A stretch of DNA of 62,319 nucleotides, counting the filler, from Choristocarpus tenellus KU-1152 (Eukaryota; Protista; Phaeophyceae), in assembly GCA_964200185.2 (NCBI GenBank). It is 10 parts of 10 records of this genome, joined end to end, with 100 filler letters (N's around TTAATTAATTAA, not from the genome) between each part and the next. Parts side by side here need not be neighbours in the genome. Positions count along the whole stretch, not along the records: positions 17,376 to 36,621 come from CAXNAD020000483.1; positions 36,722 to 40,168 come from CAXNAD020019970.1; 8 more parts are not named here. The stretch is one strand, 5' to 3'. Below the pieces are notes generated by a model that made no database searches, was not told the DNA's origin, and was given only the letters and a program-made list of their open reading frames with translations. Shown here in pieces: positions 24,123 to 36,923 of the stretch. The position numbers were made by a program, and so were the translations under genes. Each line of letters begins with the position of its first letter. The first letter of the stretch is position 1.

Positions 24123-26116
24123 TCAGTTTTCTTCACGTGGCATCCTTTGTTACTTAGGCATGCATAGGATGTTGCCCTTAAATACAGCCCTGTCCCAGCA
24201 ACGTGCTGGGTGCACGTTACATTCAGAGGGCAGTGGGAAAGGTGAAATGAAAACATTATTTTTCCTTGCAACTGTCTGATGAGGGTCTTGCAGGGTTGAT
24301 AGGATGGACTTCAGAGGTTTGTATATTCCTCTCCACCTTCCCCTTCCCTTTTCCCTCCCCTTGTCACTTTTATGTGTCCCTCCCATTAGTCGTAGCTTGT
24401 CTGGCGTGTGCTTGGGCTATGAAACAGGAAGTCAAGGAGAGGTTGCACTGTAACTGTTCTTTAGTATTGCTCATGGTGTGGGACTGTCTCTTTTCACACC
24501 TCCCATCCAGGTTCTGTTATATTTGGATGATAGAGGGTTGGGACACTTAAGTTTGGAAAGAGTTGTTTAAGAAGAGACTTGAGGGGATAGGGGGGAATGG
24601 GAGGTTTTTATGTGCTGATTTTGTGGTTGTGAGCATCATAATTCACCCAAGAGAACCTAATGCAAAGGAATGAGAACAAGCTGAGGGTAGACCATGAGTA
24701 GACCAGTTGCATTCGGGATATGTATTTGTATTGGTGTGCATTAGGTTATCATCTCATCACCAAGTGTGATTGCTATTTACCATCATATTGGCTTGCTGCT
24801 AGTGCTGAGTGATTGGGTACATTCATGGTTGGAAGTTGCTCAGATAGCCCTACGATAGCAAGGAAGACATAGAACATGCGTTTTCCCCGGTGTAAATTGG
24901 CCTTTGCGACTTAGATCTGATAAGTTTCATTGGAGGAGTGTTGAGCCTTGTTAAGACATCCAGGGAGGGTGCTGGTCCACTCCAGTCCCATAATGAAATA
25001 TGCAATGGCGCCTAAAAGCACAGTAGAGGTTCAACTCTCTCACATGATCTGTTAATTCATTTGATAAGCTTTACAATGGCAGAGCTGAAGCTTAAGTACT
25101 ATAAAGTGGTTGGATAAGTTGTGATAAGTTGCCGTACTGTTTAGAGGGGTACCTGTGAATGCCTTCACCTCTGTGGATTTTATTGTGCACAGTCACACTC
25201 TTCAAGGGTACCCTCTCATCATTCCTTGCCCTCCATGGTTGGCTCGTCACATATATACCACAGTTTTTGAAATATGATCACTCAACTTCTCATGTCAACC
25301 TCTTAACTCACCTTTTGCTCCAATCAAAGATGTAGTATGACAAAAAGGGTCTGATAGTCACTTCTAACTCCCATGCGTTTAAAGAGGACAACAGCCAACA
25401 GCACTTGCTGTACCCTTTGGGAAAAAATGTTCACTTGACTCCAAATTGCGATATTTATGTAAGAATGTGCTTTAAAGTATATTGTATTGTACTGGCGTTC
25501 CTGCAGGCTTACAATAGATGCACTGTTGATACTATGCTGCCAAGTAGCTCATTTCCCGAATGCTACAATTCCTCTGAAAATGGTCCTAGAGTCCATACAT
25601 AAGCATCATAAAGTACAGTTTATGAGGGAAAATTTGGAGTTGTTGCAAGGAGCCTGCCATGGGCTTGAAGCACTTCTTTCCTATTGTTATTATTATTAAT
25701 ATCATCATTATTACTACTATTGATATTATTGTGTTATTGATCGACAACCTATCCCCACCAAACTCGCCATCATCTTTTACGAAATGCTTGTTGATAGATG
25801 TTGCATTTGCAAACTTGTTTCAGTGCATTCTTTTACTGGTCATGCAGAGTACGAGTTCCAACCACCAAGGGCCTGAGACTGGCGATGGACATATTTTCAC
25901 CCTAGAAAGTATTCGTCCTGTTGCTGAAATTATATGGTCATACTTTGTCTGCGACCAGCTGTCCTTTCAATAACAAAGACCACATCTGAACAAACTAGAG
26001 CATACTACCACACGGACTTGCTCAAGAACCTTCTATGGGACTGACTTACACATTTGCACGAAAGAGTTGACAATAGAGCAGTGACGGCTGTTGCTTGGAA
26101 AAGGGACAAGTTCTCT

Positions 26117-26373
26117 GAGCCAAAGTGAACGAGAGGTATGCAGGGTTACATTATAAGGATGCTGACAAAAAAAAATTGAAAAATCCAGCTTGTTGTACAA
26201 ATTCGTGTAGGGGCTTTTCTGAATTATGTCCAAGATTTTTTTATGGAGAAATCGACACTCTGAAGTCAATCTTAACACACCCCATAGAAATGGGAGTGAA
26301 TAGCAAAAGATGAAAAAGGTGACTTGAACCACAAAACGCCCCAAACCTGGGTACCTCTCGCTTACTTTGGCTC
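26117..26373. mobile_element. MITE family C (257 bp)
   Basis: TIRs GAGCCAAAGTGAACGAGAGGTA / TACCTCTCGCTTACTTTGGCTC; TSD TCT on both sides. Confidence 0.88.
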
Positions 26374-27061
26374 TCTGAGGAGTCTCAGGTTTGGTAAGAT
26401 AACTGTAGGACCGGATCACTGGGGGTGGATTTAGAATGCTTATTGTATGAAGCACACCGCCTACATGTGCTGTCCAACCCCTGGAGGGAGATTGTTTGCA
26501 AGATTCCACGTACGAAGTAACCTCTCTTAATTTCCTCAGAGTAAGAATAAGAAGCTATGAATGATGTTATCCAAACCTAACTCACTACTTGTTGCTTGTG
26601 CGCTCTATGCGCAAGCTAATAATATGGTCCATTCCATGTTGTAATTTTTCTACATAGGCATGATGTGAGGGTGACATGCCCCGAGGTATTGGAAACCCTT
26701 GCGTAAGTGAGGAATCTATATTATTCGTAGAGCATGCAGTTAGGAGTTACCCCAAACCAAACGATTTTGGGGTATAGTGTGCAATCATTTCAATACAGAA
26801 TGCGGTGTATTGATTGATCCATTGGCCGATTGATTGACCTACCGATTTCGCACATTGGTTCGATGCACGATGCAATGATGTTGAATACGTTGCGCAGAGA
26901 AGATGTTGGGACATACAGAGAAGGAAACAACACAAACACACACATGCAATATATTGTATGGCGTGGTTGGGTCCATGTTGTGCGGTCAAAAGGACTAACA
27001 AAAAGTAAGAGGAGAGAACAAGAGTATATATGACAAAAACAAAATAATGCAAACGTGCGGA

Positions 27062-27122
27062 CATGCAACGTGCAACATGTAACATGTAACATGCAACGTG
27101 CAACATGTAACATGTAACATGT
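27062..27122. repeat. Tandem repeat CATGCAACGTGCAACATGTAACATGTAA x2
   Basis: Seen directly. Confidence 0.85.
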
Positions 27123-27664
27123 AGCGAAGAAATACAAGGGAAGAATAAAAAAATAACACAACAAGAGCGAGGGGGGGAATCGGAATACTGCAAGAAGAGA
27201 AAGTCCTGTACCTACTACATGTACCAATCGGTTCCAGCATGCGTCAAGCACTAGCAAAACAATAAGGTCCATCCTCCTCCTTCATTAATTCTGAAAAAGA
27301 AAGGCGTCAACACACAAGAACACTTGAGAGTTTGAGAAAAAGGGAGAAAAGAACATTCTATGCAGTAGAGAAAAAGTACAGTTCGTTGTTACAAAAACAG
27401 ACCAACAAACGGCGGACAACAGCACCACCAACGCTTAGGGAGTTAATAGTACATAATTGCGGCTAGCTTGTGAAACAAATGAAAACCAGCAAACAGGTTG
27501 TCAGAATGAACAGGAGCAGAAAGGCCCACATGATGAACGGAAGGAAGATAGACAGAAGGTCAGTCAGGAAAGGAGTGAAAAAGGGAAGGCAATGATAGGG
27601 GTTTGTAAGTTCCACTCAACAACCGATATTGACGTTATGAGAAAGTAATGTTGATGTCATACAG

Positions 27665-27838
27665 TGTTACCAATAGCTTCGCCCTCTGGTGTTGTCCTGT
27701 CATAACGTTTGATGTAGACATCGGATAAAAAAACTTAAAAGCATATTCATATAGTGGTACCAGTAGCTTTGCCCTCTGGGATTGTCCCATCATAACTTTT
27801 GATTTAGATACCCGCTTAAAACTTAAAAGCATATTCGT
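27665..27838. repeat. ~90-bp diverged tandem duplication
   Basis: T.TTACCA.TAGCTT.GCCCTCTGG...AACTTAAAAGCATATTC occurs twice in tandem. Confidence 0.8.
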
Positions 27839-27989
27839 GATGCCCATCACAAGGTCCTCCAGAGTATGGGCTTCGTGCTTATTTTCGCCACTTTTTTTTT
27901 TGAAGAAAAGGCGGTCATATTGGGGTTCGAACCCTGGATTGTAGGTCATCAAGAGTGTCAACAGATGCACTTTACTCGATTGAAGTATA

Positions 27990-29400
27990 GGGTTTAGGTG
28001 GGAAAAAAGCCTCCCACCCTTTCTTCCTGTGTGTTCGCGCACCCACACTTTGACCTCGGCAAGAATGTCCTCGTCGAGGCCCAGAACGAAACGCCTCTCA
28101 TAGCGCCCTTCCTCCGACACCTTGATGTGGCCCTTAGTTACGAAGTCTCTCTCCCATTTACTCACAGTTTCCGCCCTGACCATCGCATGACCTGCTGCCA
28201 TCTCGAGTGCCGTTTGACGATCTTCCCCATCATTCATACACACGTACAGGATTCACGGTGTTAGAGCCTTAACTATCACATTTCCTTGTTGAGCGCCGGA
28301 AATGGGTGTCGTCTGTGTTTCCTGGATAGGTGATATTTTTTTTCATCAAGGCGCAAGGGCGAGGGAGGACAGGCTTGAGTTGATCGAAAATTGTGTTGAT
28401 TTCTCCATGAATGCAGGCTGGAGAAAGGCTTAATCAACTTTGTAAGTCCAACCCCAAGTCCAGGAATAAGAGTAAATGTACGGCATCTTGCAAGAAGTCG
28501 GAGACACCAAACCATTGGTGTGCAAATAGTCTCAATCTTACTTCCTCTTCTTCCCTGGCGTCCTTGTCAATGGCTACCTCCACCTGCTTCGCGACCTCTT
28601 CTAAGTAGAGGATTTGGTGGTATCGAAACGTCTCCACAGCTGCCTTTGTTATGATCGCTTTCTTCTCTGCCTTGCTAGCCCTCTCGACCTTCTTTCGGGC
28701 TTCAGAGTCCTTGTAGCCCAACCCTAACACCTTCTTTCTCGTTTCCTTAAGCCACTCCAGCTTGCACAGCTTCCAAACAGCCGCAACTGTCGACTACTAA
28801 GATATTCTACACCTGGGTTTTTGCTTAGGCGTTTCTTGAGCACAATGGTACGGAGTCGCACCGCTCCCTTCCTCAATCTTCCCTTCAGGCGGCCACCCCT
28901 ATTCTCCCTTCGCCCACCGTGACCAGGCTTCCCCACAGACTTCGTCACTGTACCACCTGATGATGGACTCACTCGCTGCTCTCTTCCTGTTTTCCAAAGG
29001 CGGCAGAGACTGCAGAGGAGTGTTCTGACATGTTTGAAGATCCAACAACGTTTGTGTGGTAATGCTTTCAATGCATCTTCTCTCAGCATCAGTGTCGCAA
29101 CCGGGTGGTCTATTTCACGATTTGATCATGCTGCTGTGCCACACTACTGGCACTTTATCGTCACCTAACATTGCACTGAGTGTCACACGGTACTTGCTTT
29201 TCCGTCGTCTCTCGACAGAGAAGGTGCCGAGGGTAGATCCAGGGGGCAGAGTGGCCTCGGCGGTTCTCCTTGTCTCACCGTCGCGGTTTATGTTACTGTG
29301 TAAGTCACGTGTGTGGGTGCTCACAGAAAGTCTGCAAAAAGGCGTTAGAAAGATGTTCGGAAATCTTGGGGGGTTTTTCGATATCATCACATCGACCAAA
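27990..29400 (-). pseudogene. Truncated DNA-transposon ORF, N-terminal part of an IS630/Tc1/mariner-like transposase
   Basis: Intronless, stop- and frameshift-broken ORF chain ending in TVSKWERDFVTKGHIKVSEEGRYERRFVLGLDEDILAEVKVWVREHTGRKGG. This resembles, from memory, the segment preceding the DGHER-type DDE domain; the catalytic part is absent. Confidence 0.5.
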
Positions 29401-29525
29401 CTTGGGTAGTAATCTAACCCAATAGAAGGGTACTATAAAGGTATACCTTGAAAGAATATTCACTCCTAACACAACTTTGAATTTGTTGGAATGAGGAATG
29501 GGTTTAGGTGGAAATAAGTTTAACA

Positions 29526-30858
29526 ATGAGACTTCTTGCCTTTCTCCTGTACGTTTCCATCGCCACTGTATGCTTTGCTCGAGATCTTACATGCTTCAGC
29601 AATGCAAGATGTCATAGCATAGGAAGACCTGATCACTTGGCTTTAGTTGTTCCAACGAGTAAGGAAATCGCGGAATTTGGGGCTGTGGGTCTGGGTGCCA
29701 GTGTTGGTGAGGTGATCTCGACTGACGGAAATACCGTGTTTAATGTTCTCTTTTGCTGATTCTTTGATAAAAAATCTGGTGTACAAAAGGATTCCATGGC
29801 ACCACCTGTTGTTGTGCGATGATGTAACGTATTGCATTTTACAAACTTTGTATCTATAATGGAAAGTTGTGACATGACTTTTTCGCACGACTTCTGCCCT
29901 CAGGGGCTATGCTACGGCATGCCCTCTCTGCCAGTACCCCAATTACACGACGACCCTGGGCAGTTTGTGCGATCAATGTGACGGGAAGCCTGGCTCTAGG
30001 CGGCCTCTCTGCCTGCACCCCACTCAGCACAAGAACGCGGTTACTGCTGGGCACAGGCCTCTGCGGTGGTTATACAACCTTCTCCACGTACGCTCTGGAC
30101 TTAGTGGGGATGGCAAAGGTGGGATGCGTGTTGAATGGGCTTTACAATAAATTCCATCCACTTGGTTCTTTTGCCTACCTTCCAATCCCCAAGACAATTT
30201 ATTGATGATTCTGAAAATGCTTTCCCTCATTACAATGCTTTCCTCTCTGCACTTTTATATGTCATCAGTGTGCCAGAGTGCTGTTTCCTTACTTTCCCAA
30301 CGGCGCAGCAAGGGCTTCTCCTTGTACGATTGTGTCTAGTCATTTCCCTGCTGGTGAAGACGCCAAGCCCTTGGTTGCATATTCTTGAAACTCTATAAAA
30401 TGCCATGCCCATCCTCTGCCAGTTGTGGAGCAAGAGCCACTGAAACAAGAAATAAGAAATACTCCTTGCCTATCATTTTCAAGCGCTCAGCTATTCTCAA
30501 TGATAGAATAGCAGACTTGTTCCCTTCAGCTCGTGGATATGTTACCAATCATCTAAACATGCTTTAGCCCTTCATACACTCACCACTGGACGTTTGAGCT
30601 TTCCAACGGAAGGTTTCCCTCCCCTTTCAATCTCCATGTACGATTAGCAGGCAAGCCTTTGTCTTCAACCCTCTTTAGACCAGCTAATATATGTCAGTAT
30701 ACTGTGGGTTTTCCAAACACCCTATGCACCAGGCTGGTCGTTTTGCTGGTGCTGCTGTGTATGCTTCAGCAAACAATCTTGGAGGCATTTGTGGGGCCCT
30801 GCTTGGGGCATGGCTTGCATCACACTTACTAGGTGGAAAAGGTGCTGCAGCTTCCTAG
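29526..30858 (+). CDS. crcB: Single-domain Fluc/CrcB fluoride channel with N-terminal signal peptide, 173 aa
   Basis: Exons 29526-29706, 29904-30118 and 30733-30858 splice in phase. Motifs: VGLGASVGAMLRH, PWAVCAINVTGS, LLLGTGLCGGYTTFSTYALD and a final TM helix AAVYASANNLGGICGALLG, then a stop. Confidence 0.9.
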
Positions 30859-31187
30859 CAATGAGAATCAAGAACAACTTCTCATAATAAACTATTGTGC
30901 ATGATGATCAGCAATCTTCCTGCTGACTGCACCAGTACATCTAATGGAGTATTTTGTGGTAGTGATTGATGATCAAATGCGGACTGTAGGGGAATTAAGT
31001 CCAGTAGAGAACCCATTGTTTGGACTGTAACCGCTGGGTCAGATCTTAGCCTGCACATTTTTGTTTTTGCTCCCATCATATAAAGGTGCCCAGTGTGTTT
31101 TAAACCTTCCAAGCAGCAACAAGGCAAGCGTTAATAAGTATGTGAAAATCTACTTTATACTGTCCTCTTTTGTTTGATTTGTACGCA

Positions 31188-31230
31188 GAGCCAAACCAAT
31201 AGAGAGGTAGACAGGGTTGTATTTTAGAAA
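31188..31230. mobile_element. MITE family C terminus relic
   Basis: GAGCCAAACCAATAGAGAGGTAGACAGGGTT resembles the family C left TIR. Confidence 0.4.
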
Positions 31231-31427
31231 ATTGCATAAAGAGCCTTTGCTTAGTTGTGATGTCACTTTGTGTGCGCAAAGGTGGAATATTTAAGCTTCA
31301 GACTCTGAAATTTGGCAATTACTGCAGCCTTATTTGTTTATTGAAGTACTAATCTAGTCCTGGTTGATACAGAACCTGTACAACCTTTTTTTACCTAAGA
31401 ATAAGAGAACTACCTTTGGAGTCACTC

Positions 31428-31478
31428 GGTAGTAGAGTAGTAGTAGTAGTAGTAGTAGGAGTAGCAGCAGCAGCAGCA
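31428..31478. repeat. (TAG)n/(CAG)n microsatellite
   Basis: Seen directly. Confidence 0.9.
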
Positions 31479-34361
31479 ATCATTTCGCCTAGAGTTACAT
31501 ATTGTTTATTTTTCTTTGAGGGTTGCTGAGTAGCCACTATGATGGGCTACATGGGTGAAAGGGTTATCTTGTGCAAACTTCCTAATCAAAGAACCCCTCT
31601 TGACTGCCCAAGTCCCTTATGATAAGTATTTTTAGGTTTTACCTCCACATCAACAGTGATATCATCAATATACTCACTAGTGTTCAATGCCTCTCCCACC
31701 TTACTGACAAATTGTTGTTCATTAACTCTTCGATAAAACAAGAATATGCATTATTTTGTTTTTGTCGTACTAATGTTCTGAGCAGTGGTACATAGGGGAG
31801 CTGATCACTGGTGGTACTGAGGTGTTGGTTGTGCCTGTGAGTTTGTTCGCTTTTTGCTCTTAGCACATGTTGTGCAGAAAATGGTATTTTAAAAAGAGGC
31901 AGCATGGTTTTTGCTTCATACACATCCATTGCATAATACATAGCTCAGAGGAGGGTGATTGAAGAAATGTTTCCATGTACAGTTGTGCGAAGGGATGTTT
32001 CTTGAAGGGACCATATACATAACAATGACTGAAATGCCAGTCATAATGTAAGTTTTAAGAAGTTATCTAGAGAGAGGTGAATAGTCCTTAAAGTTAAGTG
32101 TTACTGATTTCTGTCAAACATGTGACACCTGCAATTAGTCATCTGTTGATACCATAAAGAGCCAAACAAACTGAGAGGTAGGTTAGTCTTGACCCTTTTG
32201 CATTCTTAGTCATCTTTCTTACCTTGTACAATACTCTTTTGTCATTCCTTTATGTACACAGTGTACTCAAAATCGATATTCCCCCTTTACACACACAAAG
32301 TGACACCACATTTCAACAAATGCTCTCTCTCCAATTTTCCAAAATGTCATCTTTTTACCCCTTCTTGGGATCCTTAAAGTACAACCCTGCCTAACCTCAA
32401 TTGTTTTAAAGATTATTTTATTGGCCAAGGGGACGCGACGCGCAACCTAAATGTCTTAATGCATAAACCAAGTCAATCGGTGGACCTGTTTTATTCAAGA
32501 AGCGACATCCAGAGCTAATATGTACCAGCTCGATATCTGGACTACTCTGAAGTCAGTAAAGAGCACAGTCATGTTGTAGAATACCCAAATATGGCACTAC
32601 AAAATCTTGCCCTCTTCAAGCATGATACTACTCTAGGGAGAGTCAGAGCTTGTTGTCAATCACATCCTACTCACTTTACAACCTTGCACACAACCTGTAT
32701 TTATTTTGCACAAACGTGCCATACACATTTGATGAAAGTTCCCCCCTCCTACATCTCAAGGATGACTCAACGACCCTGTACGCTTGAGTGGCAAAAAAAA
32801 AACGCCACTTCTCTTTTTCCGTTTGGATGATATGATATTTTTTTTTGCCAACTGTGTGTACCCTGCCCTTCCTTGTGTTAGCCCTTTCTACAGCATCCGT
32901 TCTCTGTATAGGTAGTCACCTCAATCCAAAATGTTACACACAGTTCATCTACCTTGACAGGAAAGTTTCTGTCACTCCATAAAACTGAAGACTATCACCA
33001 ATAATCTGTACTACCCCTGTGAGGATGCAGAGCTGCCTCGGCTACTTACATCTTGTATGTACTTTTGAGCATGGTGAACCACACCTTGTTGGAAGATGTG
33101 CCTACTCCAATTAGTAGCTGGTCTATATCCTTCCCTCTTGCATTTACTCCTGGAAAATGTTATTTATCAGTTCATGGTGCTGAGCGGCAGTCAAGAAATA
33201 TTACATCCTCCCAGATTGATTGACCAGCCAAGTTGGACATGCCATAAGGTGTTGGAGTGTAGAAACAATTCTACATAAAATATATCACTAAACAGCAACA
33301 ATCAATAATACTCACTTCAATGCAAGCAGGGAGTCATATAAAGGTAGTCCATCATTGCTTATCTCAGTCAAACATCAGTACCCCACATAGATCACGTGGA
33401 GCAGCATGTAATGGGGTGAGTAATGTTCTCCCAGTTTCTAACATTTTAGTTTTTCTGTGAAGTATGTCACCTACAGTACAGACACCATTGTATATCTTGA
33501 AACCCTCATTGAGAGAGGAACAATACACCTAACTATCCTATTATTATTCTTTAAGATTTATTTCCCCTTCTTAGGAAAACAGACACGCCAGACACAAACC
33601 CCCGATGTAAGTAAATGTTGCTTCTGGCATGGCAGTGCCTTAGCGTTACCCAAGAAATGACATAATCCACATGACTCAGCAAATACAGAGATAATACGAT
33701 TGCAGCGTGATTCACATGTCAACTTTGACCAACCACAGACCTTTAGATCATAGATTTGTGAACACGGCCCATGCATCAAATACAAGAAATTCAGAAGTTG
33801 CGATGCAATACATTCTTGTCCGCCTTCCAGTTCACAATGGAAGGGAAGCCTAACCTAACTCCCACTTTCAGAGCACATACAAAAAGCTACATATAAATCC
33901 ATTGGGGCGGGGCAATTATTGTAAAAAAAAATATCAAGAAGCAATATTGCAAGATCCACGCAACAACAGTACAATTCTGGGGGCAATAAAAAAAGTTGCA
34001 AGATCCATGCAACGACAGTACAATTCCAGGGTCAACAAAAAGTTCCCCGAGCCAACCCAATCAAACCAGCTACACAAATCAGCTGAAGTCCAGGGCATCC
34101 AATTCCTCGAACTCCTCTACTACCACCCCTCTTTGTGCCACTATTCAGCACACATGCATTGCTGCATGCACACACACACATACGTGGTGAGAGTCCCATC
34201 TCCCACATCAATCAACAAGAAATTTGCAAACCTACTCCTAGAGAGCCATGGCAGGCAGGGAACTATGCTGGAAGCAACAGGGAAGCCAAAAAATGATAAA
34301 CGAAGGAGTGGGCCAGCAATGAAGGCGCTTGCCTAAAGACAAAAAATCCCACTCAAACTCA

Positions 34362-36621
34362 TCAACGTTGCATCCACGCACGTTGTAACGTCCCGCTGCC
34401 CCATCCAACCTCTGGCTTTGCCACCTCACTAGAGGAGCCTCCACCATCCACCATCCGTAACGCATCCGCAGCTACTCTCAACACCGCCAAGCTTTTCCCA
34501 GTTCGCATTGCATCCATCTCTGCCCTTGCCTTTTGTGCCCTGTCCTTGAGAAAGGTGAATGCTTCTTCTCGGATTCGCTCCTTAAGCCGCGCCTTTGTGG
34601 CTGTAGTGACCAGAAAGGCGTGTGCACGTGACCGCTCCATCAGATGTCGGATGTAGCGATCATGCTGCTGCAGTGTGCTCTGAGGGTTATGATGGCCAGC
34701 CACCCGTAGGCCCCCACAACCTCCCATCGGTCCAAGGCCATCCCCATCCCTACCCTCTCCCTCAGCACCCATGGACCTTGCACCGGCTCCATGGTCATAT
34801 GCATAGCGGTTGTTACGAATATCATATTTTGGGCTGCACTCATCATCAGCATCTACCCCTCCTCCTACACTTCCACTGGGAGAGGAATCACCACTGGAAC
34901 TGCTGTTGAAGCTAGAGTTGCTGTCACTGTCACTACTACCAGTAAAACCCCGTGGCCACTGCTTACCAACTGGACTGTGCCTTCTTTGGCCATCAGTATC
35001 AATGCCACATGCCACAGATGAATCTTTTGCAGCCTTGCCAAAGTGACCATCTGCATCTGGTGCCATAGGTGACAGGGGTGGCAACATCACCCCCATTGAA
35101 GAGAGGACTTCACTCTTCAATCGATGCCTGTCCACACCTGAAGTCGGGGTGATTGGAGCAGACTTGGAAGTGAAACCCAGTGATGGCGCACCTCCCACAT
35201 CCTCCTCAGTGGGCATCTCATGTGACCAGCACTTATCCACCACACCCTGTCCAACAATCCCAGCCAGAGCAGCCTTGGTGAAGGTGTGGTCAGGCCCCAC
35301 CACCTTGACTAACAATGGCAGAACCTTCTCTGACAACTGCACAGCCTCATCCACCCTACCCTTTTCCTGCAACTGCCTGGTGGTTCCCACCACCCGCCCA
35401 AGGTCTGATGAGCATGTTGCTGCAACATCCAGAGGCGCCATTATTGGCAACCCATTACCACCCACCCACCCCTCAATTTCCCTGGGAGGGCGGCAATTCA
35501 GCTTCACCCTCAATTCACGGGTATCACTCATTGCAGCCGCAAGTGTGATTCTTGCCCCCCGTCCACTATCTGCTCCCCAATTTGCACTTCTTTCCCCATC
35601 TGGTGTGGTTAACCAAGCCTTTCTGGTAACCGCTGCATTTTCTGCCTCCACCATTCCTCCCCCTCCTGGAGCCTCTGAGGTGCTGTAGGAGACAAGTAAA
35701 CCTACAGCATCGAGGGCAGATAGATGCAACTCCACAGCACGTTGGAATAGGTATATGGGGGGAATATACTCCCCAGTCTGCATCACTGCCAGGGCAAGAT
35801 CCTTGAGCATAGTTGCAACTCTGTGCATCTCCTTGATTGTTTCTCGCTTCTTTCGCGGTGTCGCTATTACCGCCCTAGCTGCTCTAGCCCCCCTCCTCCC
35901 AGTCATGGTGCCTGTAGGGGTCGGAACAGCCTTCTCCAGGATTGTGCACGCTTCCTCATACATTGACAAAGCAACTCGTCCCTTGCCAGCCAGTGTATGC
36001 ATATCTGCTGCAGACGCAAGTGCTCGAGCCACAGCCCAGGAAGGAGGTGCAGGAGAAGAGAGGGCAATGGCACGACGACTTGATGCTGTATACCCCACAG
36101 CTGCAGCAGAGAGAGTGGTGCCCCCTTCAGGCAATGCCTCCCAGGATGCCAACAGTCGTTCATAACGAGCAAAGCCCCCATAACCATGCCCCGGAGGCCC
36201 AGGGCCACTCCACAAAAGATCACACGACAGGGTTTCTATGCCTTTGGGTGATGCAGGATCGCTAACAGAGGGTCGGGGGGGCGCACTGTCACCCTGTGAC
36301 CAGCATTCATCATCACGGGTCCCCACTAAGGCAGCAAGACTTGACAGGCGTTGAACCTGCCTGTCAACAAGCTTAGTAAGCAGGTGCTCCCTCTCACTGG
36401 CAAGGGCTCGCACAACTCCAGCCTGCACGCCATGTGGAGTCAAACCAGCTGCCCCCTCCCCCCCTCCTGTTCTGGACAGAAGTCGGAGTGTCACCAGGGT
36501 GTCTAGAGCACTAGGAGAAGGGTGTGCTACACTCACCGCACCTTGACAGATGTCATGCAACACAGGGGCAGGTGAGGGTAGGCCCACTGGGAGGACGGCG
36601 AAGGAGAGGTAGTAGCAGGTG
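34362..36621 (-). CDS. Large terminal exon of a hypothetical protein with TPR-like helices
   Basis: >740-codon GC-rich open frame reaching the contig end. Segments ALSMYEEACTILEKA, IYLFQRAVELH and QEKGRVDEAVQLSEKVLPLLVKVVGPDHTFT resemble kinesin-light-chain-type TPRs. Confidence 0.65.
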
Positions 36622-36739
36622 NNNNNNNNNNNNNNNNNNNNNNNNNNNNNNNNNNNNNNNNNNNNTTAATTAATTAANNNNNNNNNNNNNNNNNNNNNNN
36701 NNNNNNNNNNNNNNNNNNNNNGGAAAAAAATGGCCGAAA

Positions 36740-36923
36740 CACCCGAAGTATCTGGGAGGGGGGTGAGGTCTAAACCAGGGTGTCCATTTGGACCAAAATA
36801 TGCAAAAGTGAATATATATTATCCATCCGACATATATATGCAACCAAATTACACAAAAATCGCGACATGAAATAATTGACCCCAAATGGATGGTCGCCAC
36901 CCCCACCCCAGATTCTTTGAGCC
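36740..36923. mobile_element. MITE family B (~185 bp)
   Basis: Termini CCCGAAGTATCTGGGAGGG / CCCCAGATTCTTTGAGCC; inner GTCCATTTGG / CCAAATGGA motifs; right half resembles family A. Confidence 0.7.
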
